Assembly (NCBI GenBank): GCA_011109175.1
Contig: RDEW01000031.1
Span: 315,970 to 378,499 of the forward strand
Source: Dicyema japonicum
Taxonomy: Eukaryota; Animalia; Dicyemida
Direction: 5' to 3'
Length of the DNA: 62,530 nucleotides
Made by a program: the position numbers and the translations under genes. The notes under the pieces are model-generated. The model did no database searches and was not told the DNA's origin. It was given only the letters and a program-made list of their open reading frames with translations. This document shows, piece after piece, positions 24,700 through 38,330 of this stretch (positions within the stretch are counted from its first letter, which is position 1; each line of letters opens with the position of its first letter).

Positions 24700-25690
24700 T
24701 ATTCCATCTCAGGATGGCGAGCGAGTCTCGCTCAAATAACCAGTAGCGCTCATGGGGGTCGCCTGATCTGTAAAAATCCGATTCCCTATACAACTCAAAA
24801 ATTCCAGCGTCGCAGTAAGGAAAACAATCGTCTCATCGGCGAGTGGAACTAACAAATATCATTGGTTAGGACCGTTTACTTTGCCCGTTTCAACCTTTCG
24901 GCTTTCTCAGGGGCAGAACAGGATCCAGAGGAACTTTGAATTAGGTTCGAGGGAAAACGTGTCAGTCAGGTGACGTCCCAGACAAGATATTTGCTGGCTT
25001 CAAAATTGAAAATGGTCATCCTATCAAATCGTTTCCCGTCATACCTGCAAAGACCGACTGGTTCGAGCATGGAGGGGTGTCTGGCGGCCTCCAAAGCTCG
25101 CCTAAAGACTTCTTTCAAGGCTATGTGTATGAAAACTCTGCCTGCAATCTTCTTCCAGGAGAGAGGGTGTAGGCCAAAACATTCGATCTGGTCTCCGCAT
25201 TGCCACGGATGCGGAACACGAACTTTTAATCCCAGTCGTAATGAGATCCCAATACGAACGCATTCATCATCTAGAAAAATAAAAAAAACTCCATTAGGAA
25301 TGGCGTTGAACCAGGCACCGCTTTTGGAGGACTCCCTTGTCAACAAACATGCACCGCGATGTTGGCTAGCAGATCTTGGTGACCTTAGGATCCGACGGAC
25401 TAGGTCGTCCGTTTGTGCGACAAGATTCCTGACATCTCAAAAGCAGAGGAGACTAGAATACCTCATTACAAACGATTTTGATATCCACAACGACTAAACT
25501 CCCCCCAAAACAATATGGTTTGCATAACCGTCATTCTGAAATCTCCAAATGACTCAACAACCAAAAAAGAGGACCCTAGTTCTTTTGCCTTTGAACAAAC
25601 TATCAAATCGATCCCATTAGTTAGCAATAGAGCTGTTGAGTCTTTAAGTGATGCAAGAGGAACTTTTTTTACAAATTCTTGTTTTAGATG
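24700..25690 (-). mobile_element. CRE-like 3' half relic
   Basis: SGAWFNAIPNG..DDECVRIGISLRLGL..GLHPL..LEPVGLCR.DGKR.D.MT..VWDVT; collinear with 4050-4769. Confidence 0.87.
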
Positions 25691-28600
25691 GACTGCATGA
25701 ATGCAAGAAGGGTTGAAAAGTTAAATGAACACTCACTGTGCCATTGATAAGGAATATTGGATCACATGACTAGTATGGGTGACATCTTCGAGATCTCCCT
25801 GCTTATCCTAGGCATCAGGACTATACGTAAAGTGGATGATCTCTGGGAGTGATCTGTCTTAGTAACGCCCTTCTTAATGCTCGCCTTCCAAGGACATAAG
25901 TCCATCGAGAACAAAGAAATTATTCTGTGATGTAGGGGAGAGTGAATGGACCTTTTATGATGCCATCCTGGACAGATGAATCTAATGACACATTCCAGTG
26001 ACAATATGAGGATAAAGACCGTAATGATGAGAAATCCTCGACAAAGTAGCAAGGTGGAATAGAACACAGAACTAATATTATTGGCATGCCATCCTGACTA
26101 TTAGGCTAAATTATGTCTTGACATCAATACATTATTCTAATACGAGTATAATATTTTCTTTTAAGTTCGGACACACTTAAAAGGAAAAAAGTAATAACCC
26201 GATCAAGTGTGTCAACGGTCTACCCTTTCTAAATTCACAATGAAGTGGGCTAAACCTCCAATAACATTGTGCAATCTCTCAGATTGAGTTATTTTCTATT
26301 AAAATGATCATTAGAACTAATAAATTGAAATTACTTGATTTTTCTGGTGCTATAAGATTATATGTTTGTAAGCTGACATTTAAGTGACTTTTGTTGAAAT
26401 TCTGTTATAGTTGAAACCCGGTACTTTGGGAACTCGAACGAGGTTTACATGAAACCTGATGGATAGGAGAGGAAAATTGATTTTTTTAATCCAAACCATC
26501 TTAGAGAATACACTTTGACTACCACTTTCAAGGATAGTCGAATCGTCGATTCTATACGATAATCTGGAATATTCCAGCCGTCGTTGGAAAATTCCATAAA
26601 GCTTAAAAAGAAAATTTGCGCCATAACCAGAAAATGAAAAAAGATGGTATAGTCGACGTTTATAGGAATTATGGTGTTTTAAAAATTATCTGTGATGGAA
26701 TTCGGGTGATATGTGGGTCTTGATGTCTTTAGGTTGGAGTTTGCATCTATAGCGAGTACTTCAAAGACACCGATCTGGGGATGCAATCTATCGCAAGGAA
26801 GCTGTCCAAAGCAGGATATGAGCAAGTGAGCGACTATAAGTTTTTGGCGAGAGTCTCCAATGAGGAGATTTTAGCCGTTTTGTGTCCTATATAATCTCTT
26901 AATTTACTTTAATTTCTTGGCTTTTTTAAAACTTGGAGTTTTTGTTTTTACTACCTCTTTTGATTCCTGACAGGGAATTCTATAGGACATCTTTGTTTAT
27001 GTCCTCATTGAATCCTCAACAGAGACACAATACCGCTTATGCTATATTGCCAATGTTCCTTTGGCGTCCTTACTTCTTATCTTGTTAAACCCCCAACCAA
27101 GGGCCTAGACCATCTTATTCAACTCATTTGATATCTCTATTACTCATGAAATCAATATTAAGTTCATGCTAAATTGATGATGATCAATGAAAATAAATAT
27201 GTCAATGTCAATTTAAAGAATAAATTCAGTGACCATTATGCAGATATGGCCAATTGCTTCAGTTCCATATTCAGAGCTAGAAGAGACCTGGAGGATACAG
27301 GCCAATGGAGACTGGGAGTAGAACGTCCCCTAGATGTTTGAAAATTGAATATGGAACTAGTGACCTTATAAAACAAAGTTACATCGACATGAACCGAACA
27401 TTATAAGGGAGAATCATTTTAAAGTTTTCAGTCATAATAAGAATCCATTGGGGGAATGATCTTGCCCCCAAAATCACATATGACTATAAATTAACAAAAA
27501 TACAGACAGAGTAGTAAACCTGAGACCGGTAGATTGGTGCAAGTCACGCAACCACTACCAAACAAAATATTTGGTAGTTATGAGCTAAGGGAGACAGGTC
27601 ATTCCGTCTAGCCTCTTCGTTATTCTCCGCTACTGATCTTTATGAGTGTTTATGTTGAGTTTAAGCCTGATCCCAGTTTGTCCAGTTATACAAAGAACGT
27701 TATGGAACCAGATAGAAAGTTCTAGAACTTTGGGTTCATAATTGTATACACTTTATCCAAGTTTTTATGCTTCCAGATCAACTCTTTTTTTCTGGATCAA
27801 TATAATCCGTGAGATGGGCCGTGGTGGTTTTCAAAGCAATGCGAAAGACACTACTGTTCACGGACATGAGTTCCGCGATTACAGACCTTTCGTCATCTAA
27901 CAAATTACGTTCAAGCTAGAGCTCTTACCCTCTATTTTTATAAGTTAACTAATGGGAGCCGTCGTCATTTGCTCCGTTCTACTTAATAGCTGCTGGCCTC
28001 CTACAAGATAGTGAGACCGGGGTTACTTAACTAACTAAGCACTCTTAATATGTCATGATCATGAGTCATAACAAAGCATATTCAACGCAGAAACTAGTAA
28101 CAAAGTCATCTTCCTCCACTTGCCTCTGTCAGTTGCAATCTCCCGTAGTCAATTCAGATTCTCTCTGATGCGTCTTTTAATCTTTTGAATGTCTCAGTCG
28201 ATTTTTTCCATGAACAATCATATGTACGATGCTGAAGGGTAGTTTGGGAGATAATCTTTGCATACACGAAAAAAGGTGTAAAGCCAAATAATTTATTGAC
28301 CCCATCTTTGAGTAATTCTCGGATTCTCGTCTACGGGTCCGCCAGCGATCCCACTATTTTCTTGAAGTATCTCCTCGAATATTTACAGAGGGATGTATTT
28401 CTTCAAAACTGAAAGGATTTTTCTGCATAGATAACTTTTCCAGCAAGTGAGTCTCCTGGTTCTTTCAGAAACGTAGGAAACCATGGTAATTGTTTCTGGT
28501 AAATTTTTTGAAAAAAGAAGAGTAATTGATTCTTTTCATTTAAGGGAAAATACTCACGATTTTTAGCCGGGGGAGGTGATGTTCCTAAGAGAGACCAAAT

Positions 28601-28942
28601 CTCCAAGTGAAACAGGTGTATTTGGTCGAAACTGATGAGTTTAGCCGATCATCAGTCATATACCAAATTAAGGTTCGACTGGACCACCTTGGCATCCACT
28701 ATGGGAGAGCTATCCATAGCAACAATGATAAGATTATCCCCATAAAATAGATGTATGGTATTATGGTCCCCAATTGTTGAAATATTGCTAAAAACAAATT
28801 AAATAGAATCAGATACACAGGATCTCTATGTGACCCCGTTAGGAAGTAAGTGTGATCTTAAATTTGTTTCATTAACGAGAACTCTGCGTCGGCCCAAAAA
28901 AGTTTTACAGCCACGTTCAGATGTAAATTTGATACAAAAATC

Positions 28943-29120
28943 TTAGTCAAGATTGGTCTCAAAACGGTCTGAAACCTTATGTATGTCGATTAATACTAAA
29001 ACTGTCCTAAAGTGAGTTTTCACATTGAAAACCATCCGTGATAAATTAGGGATTAGATCTTGAGTCGTGGTATATCGCACAGCTCTAAAGACCTGCTGGA
29101 ATGTGAGCATTAGAGGAGAA
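28943..29120 (-). mobile_element. LINE RT fragment
   Basis: FQQVFR...TTTQDL..TVLVLIDIHKVSD resembles Q.GFR..STT..L..V.IDI.KAFD. Confidence 0.55.
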
Positions 29121-29219
29121 AGTTGGATTAGGATCAGAATAAGACTAATAAACAAAAAATAAATCAGAATAAGACTCTTCAGCACTTTTGCCTGAGGGAC
29201 TTAGTGTTAAAAGTGTATA

Positions 29220-29400
29220 GGCGAGATACCGTCGTAACCTCTTCGACGCTGAAATTCCTGGTTCGTCTAGGAAATCGGATTTCTAGACGAACCAGGAGAT
29301 CTCTGTGAGTGCTGCTAGCTACTTGAGCGACTTTCGCTCGCCATCTTGAGAGGGAATAGCCACACTGTCAGGGCGTCTACTGAATCACCCCAAGTCAATT
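29220..29400 (+). mobile_element. CRE-like 3' end fragment
   Basis: STLKFLVRLGNRI..LERLSLAILRGNSHTVRAST, matching 4625-4769. Confidence 0.8.
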
Positions 29401-29799
29401 GTTTCTTTTCCCTAATTATTAACTTTTTATGGAAGATTTGAAAATATTTAATCAAGAAATAACAATTATTAGATGATGGAACACATGAAGTATTTTTTAA
29501 ATCAACTGTACTTGAGAAAAACAGTGACATATCGGACACTAATCTGGAATGCTTATCGAAGGAAGCCATGGAACAGAGGAGTGTTATAAGATGAATGGAG
29601 CAACACTCTAAAAAATGAGATTTTACAAATAAATTTAATATTAAAAAGAATAGGTTTTACACATAGGAAGGTGAATACAGAAAATATATTCAAAGCAATA
29701 AATAGATACTCAACCTCACTTTACAATAGTCGGAGGCTGCATCACTAATTAGATGTGGCTTCTACATCGGGACGAACAAGATTTCTTGCGAATGGATGC

Positions 29800-32700
29800 G
29801 AAGAGGACCACCAATCTGCTACAGTTGTTAACAAATCGGCCACTTTGCATACCAGTGCACGGGAAAGAAAAAATGCTTCCGCTGCGCAGGAGAACACGAC
29901 ACCACCAAGTGTGATGCGGATCCAACTCTTGAGCGAAAATGTGTTAACTGCGGATCAACAAAACACGGCGCAAGATACAAAGGATGCCCTGTATTCATGG
30001 AGGACAGACGAAAGTTAAACTCCCGAATCGACAACAGGGAACCAAAACAGACGGATATTATAACCAAGAAATTGGAACCGCCAGCCCTGAAAAGGATAAT
30101 TGGCTCAAGTACTAACTAGTACGAAGCAGCACCTCCTCCGCGAGAGTCGGCCTGGCTACGGAAGGAAGAGTTATCAGTTAAAAAAGAGCTAAAGGAAATA
30201 GTATCAAGACTGAAGGAACTAAGTAACATACTCGGAGTGGATTTACGCAATTTGGTGGACCTGGCCATGGAGAGTCCGGGCCACCAACAAGAAATTTGAA
30301 AAGAAACTTGAAGATAGTGCTGGTGAACGCCCGATCCCTAAAGAAGAGGCGTCATGACCTGGCACTACTACTATCGTCCACCAAGATTGACATCCTGGTG
30401 GTCAACGAGACCAAAGTGAAAAAGACCAACAACACAATGCTAGAGGGATACAATTCTATAGAAATTCCATGGGTCGAAGGTGCAGAAGCTGGTACTGGAA
30501 CCACATTGTTCTACAGTGAAGTTCTACATATACGTGAGCCAAAAATTATTATGAATACACACTGTGAATTTGTTTCCGTCGAGGTGAGATGTTGCGGCAG
30601 TTGGATTCACGTCGGTGGAATGTATTCAAAAGACCTTAGAAAGTGTTCCGCAGAAATTGAAGAATTTTTCACAAGAAATGATATGTCCATCCTAGTGGGT
30701 GATCTAAATGCCAAGAACATTAAATATGGTGCCTCAGTACTAACGATGATGGAATCAGACTAATGAAATTGAGTGATAAGATTGGCTTTGAAATTTTGAC
30801 ATCGGAAAAACCGAATTATTACTCACACTACGGGGGAGACATGCTTGGGGTGTTCCTGGTGTCACCATCACTCTACAGTTATGTAGAGAAGCCGATGATC
30901 ATGTGGGACATCGGGAGTGATCATATACCCCAAGAGATGTTATTGAACCTAGCTTCAGACTACATGGACTCTGTGTTTACAGGTTACGACCTAACAAGAA
31001 TAAACTGGGAACACTACAGGAGGTACATATCAAGAAACCTCAAAGACTGGAAGATTAAAGATTATTCCCGAAGTGATATCGACATCATAGACAATGAACT
31101 CTCTATCATGATGGAGACATACTTAATGCTTTACGCAAGAAGGAGATCCTCGAGTACTAATCATGGAAAGATCATCAGTCTTTCGATTTCCACATTATCT
31201 TTGATCAATGAAAGGAATCGCCTGAGGACTAAACTCAGAAGATGTGTGGACTGGATAGACCGGATTGCACTAACCGGACAATTGAAGATAACCAAGAAAG
31301 CCATTGAAGAAGGAAAAGACTATCTCAAGAACAATGTTTGAGGGTAGAGGCAAGCAAACTAAACACCAAAGACCCCTCGTTCTGGAAGTTCTACAAAAGA
31401 ATAACTAGCCAGAAAAGGAATGACATAAAAATCTCCTTGACCAAGCCAGAAGGTGGACTGTGTTCTATGGAAGAAGCCCCAGATATTTTTATGAAACAAC
31501 TGGATCGTATTCAGGGGGTCAACCCGATGGAGCTTATTCCGAGGGAGACGTTAGATTCTTCACGTGAAATTTTAACCTACTGTTTGGACGATCTTAAAGA
31601 TACTGATATGAAAATAACTACGTAGGAAGTCATGACTGCAATCATGAGATGCAAGGCTAACGCTCCTGGACTTGACCATCTAAGTATGAGATTGTTCAAG
31701 GAAGCCCCAGAAGCTCTATTTCCCATACTGAAGAATTTATTCAATGCAAGCATTCATCATGGTCATGTCCCTAAACGCTGGAAATCTTCCATTGTCAGAA
31801 TGATACTGAAACCAGGAAAATCGAGGAGGGACCCTCTCAGTTATAGGCCAATAAGCCTCATCTGTTCGATCTCCAAGATTATCGAACGAATTATCTTCAG
31901 GAGGCTTAACGACCACATAGAAGAGAGTGGTTTCCTCCTGCAGAACAATGGGGCTTCAGACCTGGAAAATCATGCACGGACTGTATCTACCAGATGCATT
32001 CAACGGTATTGAGAGGTCTGGAAGTCAAAAGACTAGTCAACCTGGTATGGTTGGATCTGTCCAAGGCTTTCGATAGTGTGTGCCATGAAGTACTCCTATC
32101 AAGGCTAGCAGCTGCTCAGATCCAAAAGAAACTTCTCATCTGGATAAGGGATTTCCTAACAGGACGGATTTCCCAAGTACGTGTTGGAGCACATATTCGA
32201 AAGACATCATACTGAAGAGGGGAGTTCCTCAGGGTTCCGTCCTGAGCCCTCTGCTATTCAACATATTTATCGATTTTCTAACTCCACCGGATAAACAAAA
32301 CTATTGATATACGTCGATGATACTCTGATCACAGATACATCTACCAAATCAACTCTTTCGGAGAAAAGGATGTTATCATTCATTGGACAAGTTCAGGACT
32401 GATGCACAAAAAGATTGATGAGATTGTCTACGGAGAAATCCAGCTCTCTACGAGTGAGTAGCCTAAGGAGGCATCAGAAGAAGCCTTACTTATTAGAGTT
32501 TGCTAATGTAAACTCAATGCGCTACCTCGGGATAGCAATCGATGGAAATGGTTCCTTCAAGAAGGACATAAAACTAAGAAGGAAGAAGGCGCTTCAAGCA
32601 CTCTTATGTACGAGAAAGTTGCTTGTAAGCCTGGAAACCTTCTTGTTCATCTTCATGAGGATCATCCTACCGGAACTGCTATATGGATGCGAAGCATGGT

Positions 32701-32975
32701 TTTTCTCTTGCCAAAGAGAAAGAATAATGTTTCTCATGGAAAAAACCAGAAGGTCGGCAATAAAGTTGGCTTTAGGAAAAAAGCTCTGGAATGCTCTCAG
32801 CACTGAAGAAGACATGATTCTAACTCCTGTTAAAAACATCATAGAGAAAAGAATCAATGGGATCCGACGATAAAAGATAACTAAATGGAGTGTGGATACA
32901 TCGGAAGTGTCCAGGCCGCATAGGCGGACACGTTTAAATATCCTAAAAAAATAACTCCTTACTTACTTACTTTGG
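29800..32975 (+). mobile_element. I/Jockey-like LINE: ORF1 zinc knuckles plus ORF2 APE-RT, disrupted, (CTTA)n tail
   Basis: C..QIGH...C / CFRCAGEH..C / CVNCG..H....GCP; APE VNARS, VNETK, GDLNAK, SDH; RT APGLD, YRPIS, DLSKAFD, VPQGSVLSPLLF, YVDD; tail cttacttacttac at 32958. Confidence 0.92.
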
Positions 32976-33079
32976 AATAAATTTGATTTGATTTGACTTT
33001 ACAATTACTATATTGGACTGATCAACATTGAACCATATGAGTTAAGTCCAGGTTCGTCGTATTCTCTGAGGTACGATTG

Positions 33080-33180
33080 CATATGAGATCCGCAAACAAA
33101 GAAAGGCTATACCTTCCCAGAGATAAACTTGGAAGAGGTTTAGAATCAGTTGAGTTTAAGAGTGAATGTATGCTATTTTA
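33080..33180 (+). mobile_element. R4/Dong-like post-RT fragment
   Basis: HMRSANKERLYLPRDKLGRGLESVE; the ERLY.PR...GRGL motif is typical of R4/Dong elements. Confidence 0.7.
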
Positions 33181-33599
33181 ATTCCTCAGTGAGTGAATGC
33201 ATGCGCCTTTTCTTGCTCAATAATCTACGTTATCGACATTAGCGCTACGACAGTATATACGACTACAAGTATTAATGAGAATATAGGGGTCGCTTTTCGC
33301 CACCATATTGATTCGATTTATTTTTATGCCGTTATTTTGCAGTAAACTACTACTTCTGTTGATCTATAATAGAAAATTGTGGAATTTATTTGTTGGAAGT
33401 TAAAAACGAATTCCATTAAGTTTGTCAACTTGATAACTGGGCGGCGAAATAGCAGATATTCAAATAAAGCAAATAAAAACTCAAAATCGACTGTGTCTTA
33501 AAAAATTTATATTTTTCGCTTAAATTTATTTAATACATTGAGATATGTATTTCTTATACATGCGCCATGTGGGGTCCATTCATTTCCTGGGCAAATTCC

Positions 33600-33825
33600 G
33601 TGAAGATCGAAACTAGCCAGAAAGGGCTTCTAAAATTACGGAACGGTGGACTTTTCCAAAGTGCCAGTCACTAATTCGTGTGGAATAATTAATACGCAAG
33701 TACCGAGGAAGGTGTTTTTGCGACCACGAAGATCCAGTTATACGGCAGATTTTTTGTGAGCTCGAGGGATGAACATCGTGCCAAGTTGAAGTTTTTGTTG
33801 GGGCGTGCAAGGATCATGTGACTAG
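33600..33825 (+). mobile_element. Diverged 3' end of the 12375-type LINE family
   Basis: Nucleotide similarity to 18490-18690 (reverse); EDPVIR and EHRAKLKFLLGRARIM*. Confidence 0.5.
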
Positions 33826-34289
33826 TATTTTGTCGTTAACTTGTCTTCCATCTATTAAAGTGAAACCATTTTTAATTAGGATGACTTTGTTTACATGATC
33901 CTAAATTTTTGACTCTTGTACAAGATTTGTGGCGGTAAAGACACGATTTCATTTCCAGAGTCCACATTAATATGTATCATTATCATTGCTTCTTCGATAA
34001 TTATCAGGATTTCAAACCGGTTGAGAAGCCCTTGGTATTTCTTTCCTTTAGCCCTTACCGGTTATTCTTAAGAATGCCCTCAGCTAGAAAAGTAATCCAA
34101 AACTTCAAGAGAAACAACTCTTTGATGCTCTTCGTATTGAGTATGTGTCACCTTATATTTTGGAAATTTAGGTTATTTTCTCAGAAGGTTGATCCCATTG
34201 GTTTTTCATGTGGTTCACCTCCTCGTGGAGAACACTGCCTAAAAAGATAGCCAACAGATACACTTTCTATCCCATGCCACAACAATTTC

Positions 34290-34530
34290 GGGAGTCTCAC
34301 GGACCTTAGTTTTTTGAAGTAGTGAAGTAGCGGTCATGACTAGAGCGGTCTCCCACAGATAAAAGTTTTGGAAAGTAGCCCATAGCTTGACTGGACCACG
34401 TGACACCACGTGTGCACATTACTGGCAAACGACTTTCCATTTTCGGACTCTCTCAGAGCTTAGTTTTTGGAAGTAGTTATGTAGAAGTCATAACTAGACT
34501 GGTCTCCCCCGGATTACAGATTTGGAAGGT
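34290..34530. repeat. Imperfect two-unit direct repeat; partial copy at 37495-37560
   Basis: cttagtttttt/ggaagtagt...gtcat(g/a)actaga(g/c)..gtctccc occurs twice about 150 nt apart; ttgactgga(c/a)cacgtgacaccac.tgtgca is shared with 37517-37547. Confidence 0.55.
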
Positions 34531-35284
34531 ATGACTAAGGCTATTTTTGTATTATTTTTTAGGTCAAAAGTCAAAATTTTTTTGATTTTTATTTATTAAT
34601 TTTTGAGTTTTAAATAAAATACTAGCGTGGGATCAATTATCATCATTCACTGTGATGGCCCCTGAGGTCCTGCTAGTGCGTGATGAGATCACGTGATTAG
34701 TTAGTTTGTGTAACCGTAATATTACTATGGCATGTTCAATCAAGAATGACATTGAAAAGATTTATTCTGTTGTTAGAAAATATTTTGTGAATTTTCTATC
34801 AACTCACAACGAATCTTTGTTGCAATTTATGTGGGACATTTGTAACTGCCAAAAAAACATTTTTTATTGAATCACATCAAATTAGAAGGTTTATTATTTT
34901 TATTAAATTTATGCCAGAAGTAGCTGACAGAATTAAGCTATTTTTTAGGTTTTATTTTCATTTATTATAGATCTGAACAAATTTAATTGACGATGTTCTA
35001 GGGGATTTTGCAATAGATCGTAAAGACGGTGTTGAACACATTCAGAAATTGCATTTCGGGGACGATCTATGTGGAATCAGGAAGTACTGGAATCAAGATT
35101 ATTTGTCAATTAGGTGCTTTCTCTCACAAAACTGGAAAAACATCATATTTTTCCATTTGTATACAACTATCTGAAAAAGTGTCGTTCCTCATCATTATCT
35201 GTTAAGAGAAGTTTTTTTTTATTTATTTTGTTCTTTTTTAAAAAAAGTTTATTAAAGAAAGAAAATAGAGTAACGGTTATATAG

Positions 35285-35545
35285 AAGCTGTCCTGACTGC
35301 GTGGCTATTCCCTCTAGAGAGCGAGATTCGCTCACATAACCAGCATCGCTCACGAGGATCTCCTTTTCATGTAGCGATCCGATTCCCTAGACGACTCAAT
35401 AATTCCAGCGTCGCAGGCGCAAGGGAACCAGACGTCTCAACGGAGAGTGGAACAAACAAAAAATCCTTGGACAGGAGCGCGTACTTTTCCCGTTTCATCT
35501 CGGTCTTCTCAACGGCAGAACAGGCTCCAGAAGCACTCTTGAGTA
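35285..35545 (-). mobile_element. CRE-like 3' end (subfamily of 2140-4790)
   Basis: GACSAVEK..KREKY..FVPLSVETSG..TLELL.RLGNRI..GDPRER.WL.ERISL..RGNSHAVR. Confidence 0.8.
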
Positions 35546-35579
35546 GGTTGCAAGAGGCATTAAAAAATTACTATTAAAG

Positions 35580-37370
35580 ACCGAATCCGCCCCAATAAGG
35601 TCGGGAACTATTTTAGAAGACTTGCAGCAAAGGTAGCATCGATCCTGGTGAGCCGACAACTTGTAGAGGAGTTATTTCCTAAACAAATGGGTGTTAGTAT
35701 CCAGAACGGATGTGAGGCTGCGGTTCATGCAGCAAGGCGTTTCTTCAATCAGAAAATTATTTCAAAAGAATGCATTGGAATCAAGTTTGACATAACGAAT
35801 GCATTTAATTCTCTCAGAAGAGATAAAATTATGGAATCGTGTTGGAAGAGGGCTCCAAAGCTTTTCCCTCGTCAAATTATCCTATGGGGACGATATGTCT
35901 CTGGTTTTTGAAAATGAAATTATTAAATCAAAAACGGGAGTCCAACAAGGAGATCCGCTCGGACCTCTCTTATTTGCCCTGACCATTGATGATGTTGTGA
36001 GATTAATTGATCTCTGGTACCTTGATGATGCCACAATTGAGGATCATTCAAGGAAACATACAATTCATTACGTAAAGCATTACCCGCTTTAAAACATTTG
36101 GGCATGGACATAAATGTTAACAAATCAGAGCTAATAAATGTCTCATATCCATACACCGACTTTTTCTCTATCAAGGAGTCTTTTAACGAACTGCTTCCTG
36201 GGATCCCGACTGTGCCAGTTGATAAATTATATTTCCTTGGATGCCCACTCAGCGAAGAAGAACTCAAGAACCATCTACTTTCCAAAAATGAACAATTAAC
36301 ACGCCTTGTGAAAAGATTGTCATGTCTTGACTCTCACACATCCTTCTTCCTGATGAGAAACAATATCGGACGACCCAAGCTTTTGTATCTACTCCGATGT
36401 TCAACCTGCTACGAACAATACGACAGTCTACTTTCGATAGACGAATCTCGTAAGCAAACTGTTGAGTCACTAATTAACGTCCGCTTCGAAGAACTTGGTT
36501 GGAAGCAATGTAAGCGTCCCTCTGGACTTGGGGGTGTCGGTCTAAGATCGGCGCTGGAGGTTGCGTACCCGGCATATCTATCGTCTCTCTCAAGCTGCAG
36601 ATATTTGACACGGCAAGTTCTTCATAACACTATTTGGCTTCGCTGGAATGAGTAATTTGATGAAGCTTGTCGGAAATGCAACGGATTCGGACTCAAAATC
36701 CTTAAAGACACAACGAAGCAACGTAATTGGAATAACATTGGGTGCTCCAAAATTTTGGAAACCTTGGCTAGACTAGACGTTTGCCAGGAGAACCGATGCC
36801 GATGCGGGAAAACAGTCGATGCGAAGGGATTGCACCCGCTGTCCTGCAGAAGAAGCGCCGGAAGGGACCACGTCTTGCTGCTCTGAAAGATGTGATCGTC
36901 AGAGCTCTGAAGGCTACGGGCTTCCTAGCATAGCTTAAACCAGTGGGTCTGGATCGAGGAGATGGAAGGAGACCTGACGGGATGACCCTTTTACCCTTCA
37001 CGTCTGGAAGATCTTTGGTCTGGGAAGCAACTTGTGTAGACACGTTCTCAAGCACGAATATTTTCAAATCGGTTCAGACACCTGGAGCAGCTGCTTCGAC
37101 TGAGGAGAACCTAAAAATCAAAAAATATTCTTGCCTCTGGTACCGCTACCGATTTACTAATGTTGCGACCGAATCATCGGGAGCCGTTGGTTCAATGACG
37201 GCTGAGTTCTTGCGAAAACTCGGAGGAATGCTTGCCAGAAAGAAAAGGGATCAACGAGAAGGGTTATCGTTAAGACAGAAAATTGGAATGGCCATACTCC
37301 AAGGGAACTCGTTCGCAATCCACGCAGCAGGCTTCCTCAAATGACATTTGTTTAATTGTTAAAAAATTAT
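35580..37370 (+). mobile_element. CRE-like element, second subfamily, 5'-truncated and disrupted
   Basis: [78 protein letters not shown]; UTR and A tail at 37345-37367. Confidence 0.92.
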
Positions 37371-38152
37371 TTTGTTTTTTATATTAAAAAATTTTTTTTG
37401 TAGATAAATTTATCAAGTCTAACCCTAAATTTTGAAATTTTAAAGTCAATTTTTTAAGTCAAAATTTCCGATTTATTCAAACAAAAATTGTTCTAGTTAT
37501 GACCGATGACCCAAAGGTTGACTGGAACACGTGACACCACCTGTGCAGAATAATGGATATTGACAACGATTTTCAAGAGTCTCATAAGATTTGCATATAT
37601 GATGGTAGGAGAACTACATCGGAATATTCTAGTATTTCCCAAATCCCAGTCATTTGAAGTTCTTTTGGAAATATATTCATTAACTTTATAGGGATCTGTT
37701 TTTTAAATGAATCTGTTGTAGATCTAAAAATGCGTTCTCTGTTGTACAATATTCAAGTTCTATAGATGTAGTATGGGTAGAATCAATACAAGTAGAATTC
37801 ACAAAATAGATCTTTTTTGGAAAGGCTACATTTCCCATCATCGAAATTATGTACCTGTTCCCTCTTATTTTCGCTTCTTCTTATAAAAAGAATATTTGCT
37901 TCAACAAATGCCTTGGTAACCTAAAGTGGCCAACGTATACGATCGTCTGAAATATGTGACAAGAATGTCTGCACACTTTTAATCGAGCTCATGTCATAAA
38001 AAATATAAAATACTGTTTCTTTTTAGATGCTTCAAGGTTTTTAGATTTCAGCATATTTTTTTATCAAAGTTGATTGCAATCGAACATTCTGAACAAAATA
38101 GTCCCCCATCTAAGTGGAATATAATGTAACTCTGAAAATATACCACGAGTAA

Positions 38153-38320
38153 CCAAACTAACTAACTCCTTGATCCTGACTCGTTCCTGTGTTCCAGAAC
38201 TTGTCTCCAGGTAACGACACTGTCCCCAGGGTAGAATAGTTGGATCCTCTTGATGCCGACCAGGCATTGGGAGTCTCCTCAGTAAGGTAGATCCAATGAC
38301 GCCTACGGAAGGAAAATAAT
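38153..38320 (-). repeat. Second copy of the repeat at 225-420
   Basis: Direct nucleotide similarity with an internal indel. Confidence 0.55.
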
Positions 38321-38330
38321 TTATGGCCCA

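Noticed and set aside
28621-28670. Hammerhead ribozyme cores (CTGATGA here, at 22510 and in the SINE antisense)
   Set aside because: No stem II followed by GAAA at the required spacing.
34195-34250. HDV-like ribozyme suggested by ACCTCCTCGTGG
   Set aside because: I could not build P1, P1.1 and P2 around it, and it is not at an element 5' end.
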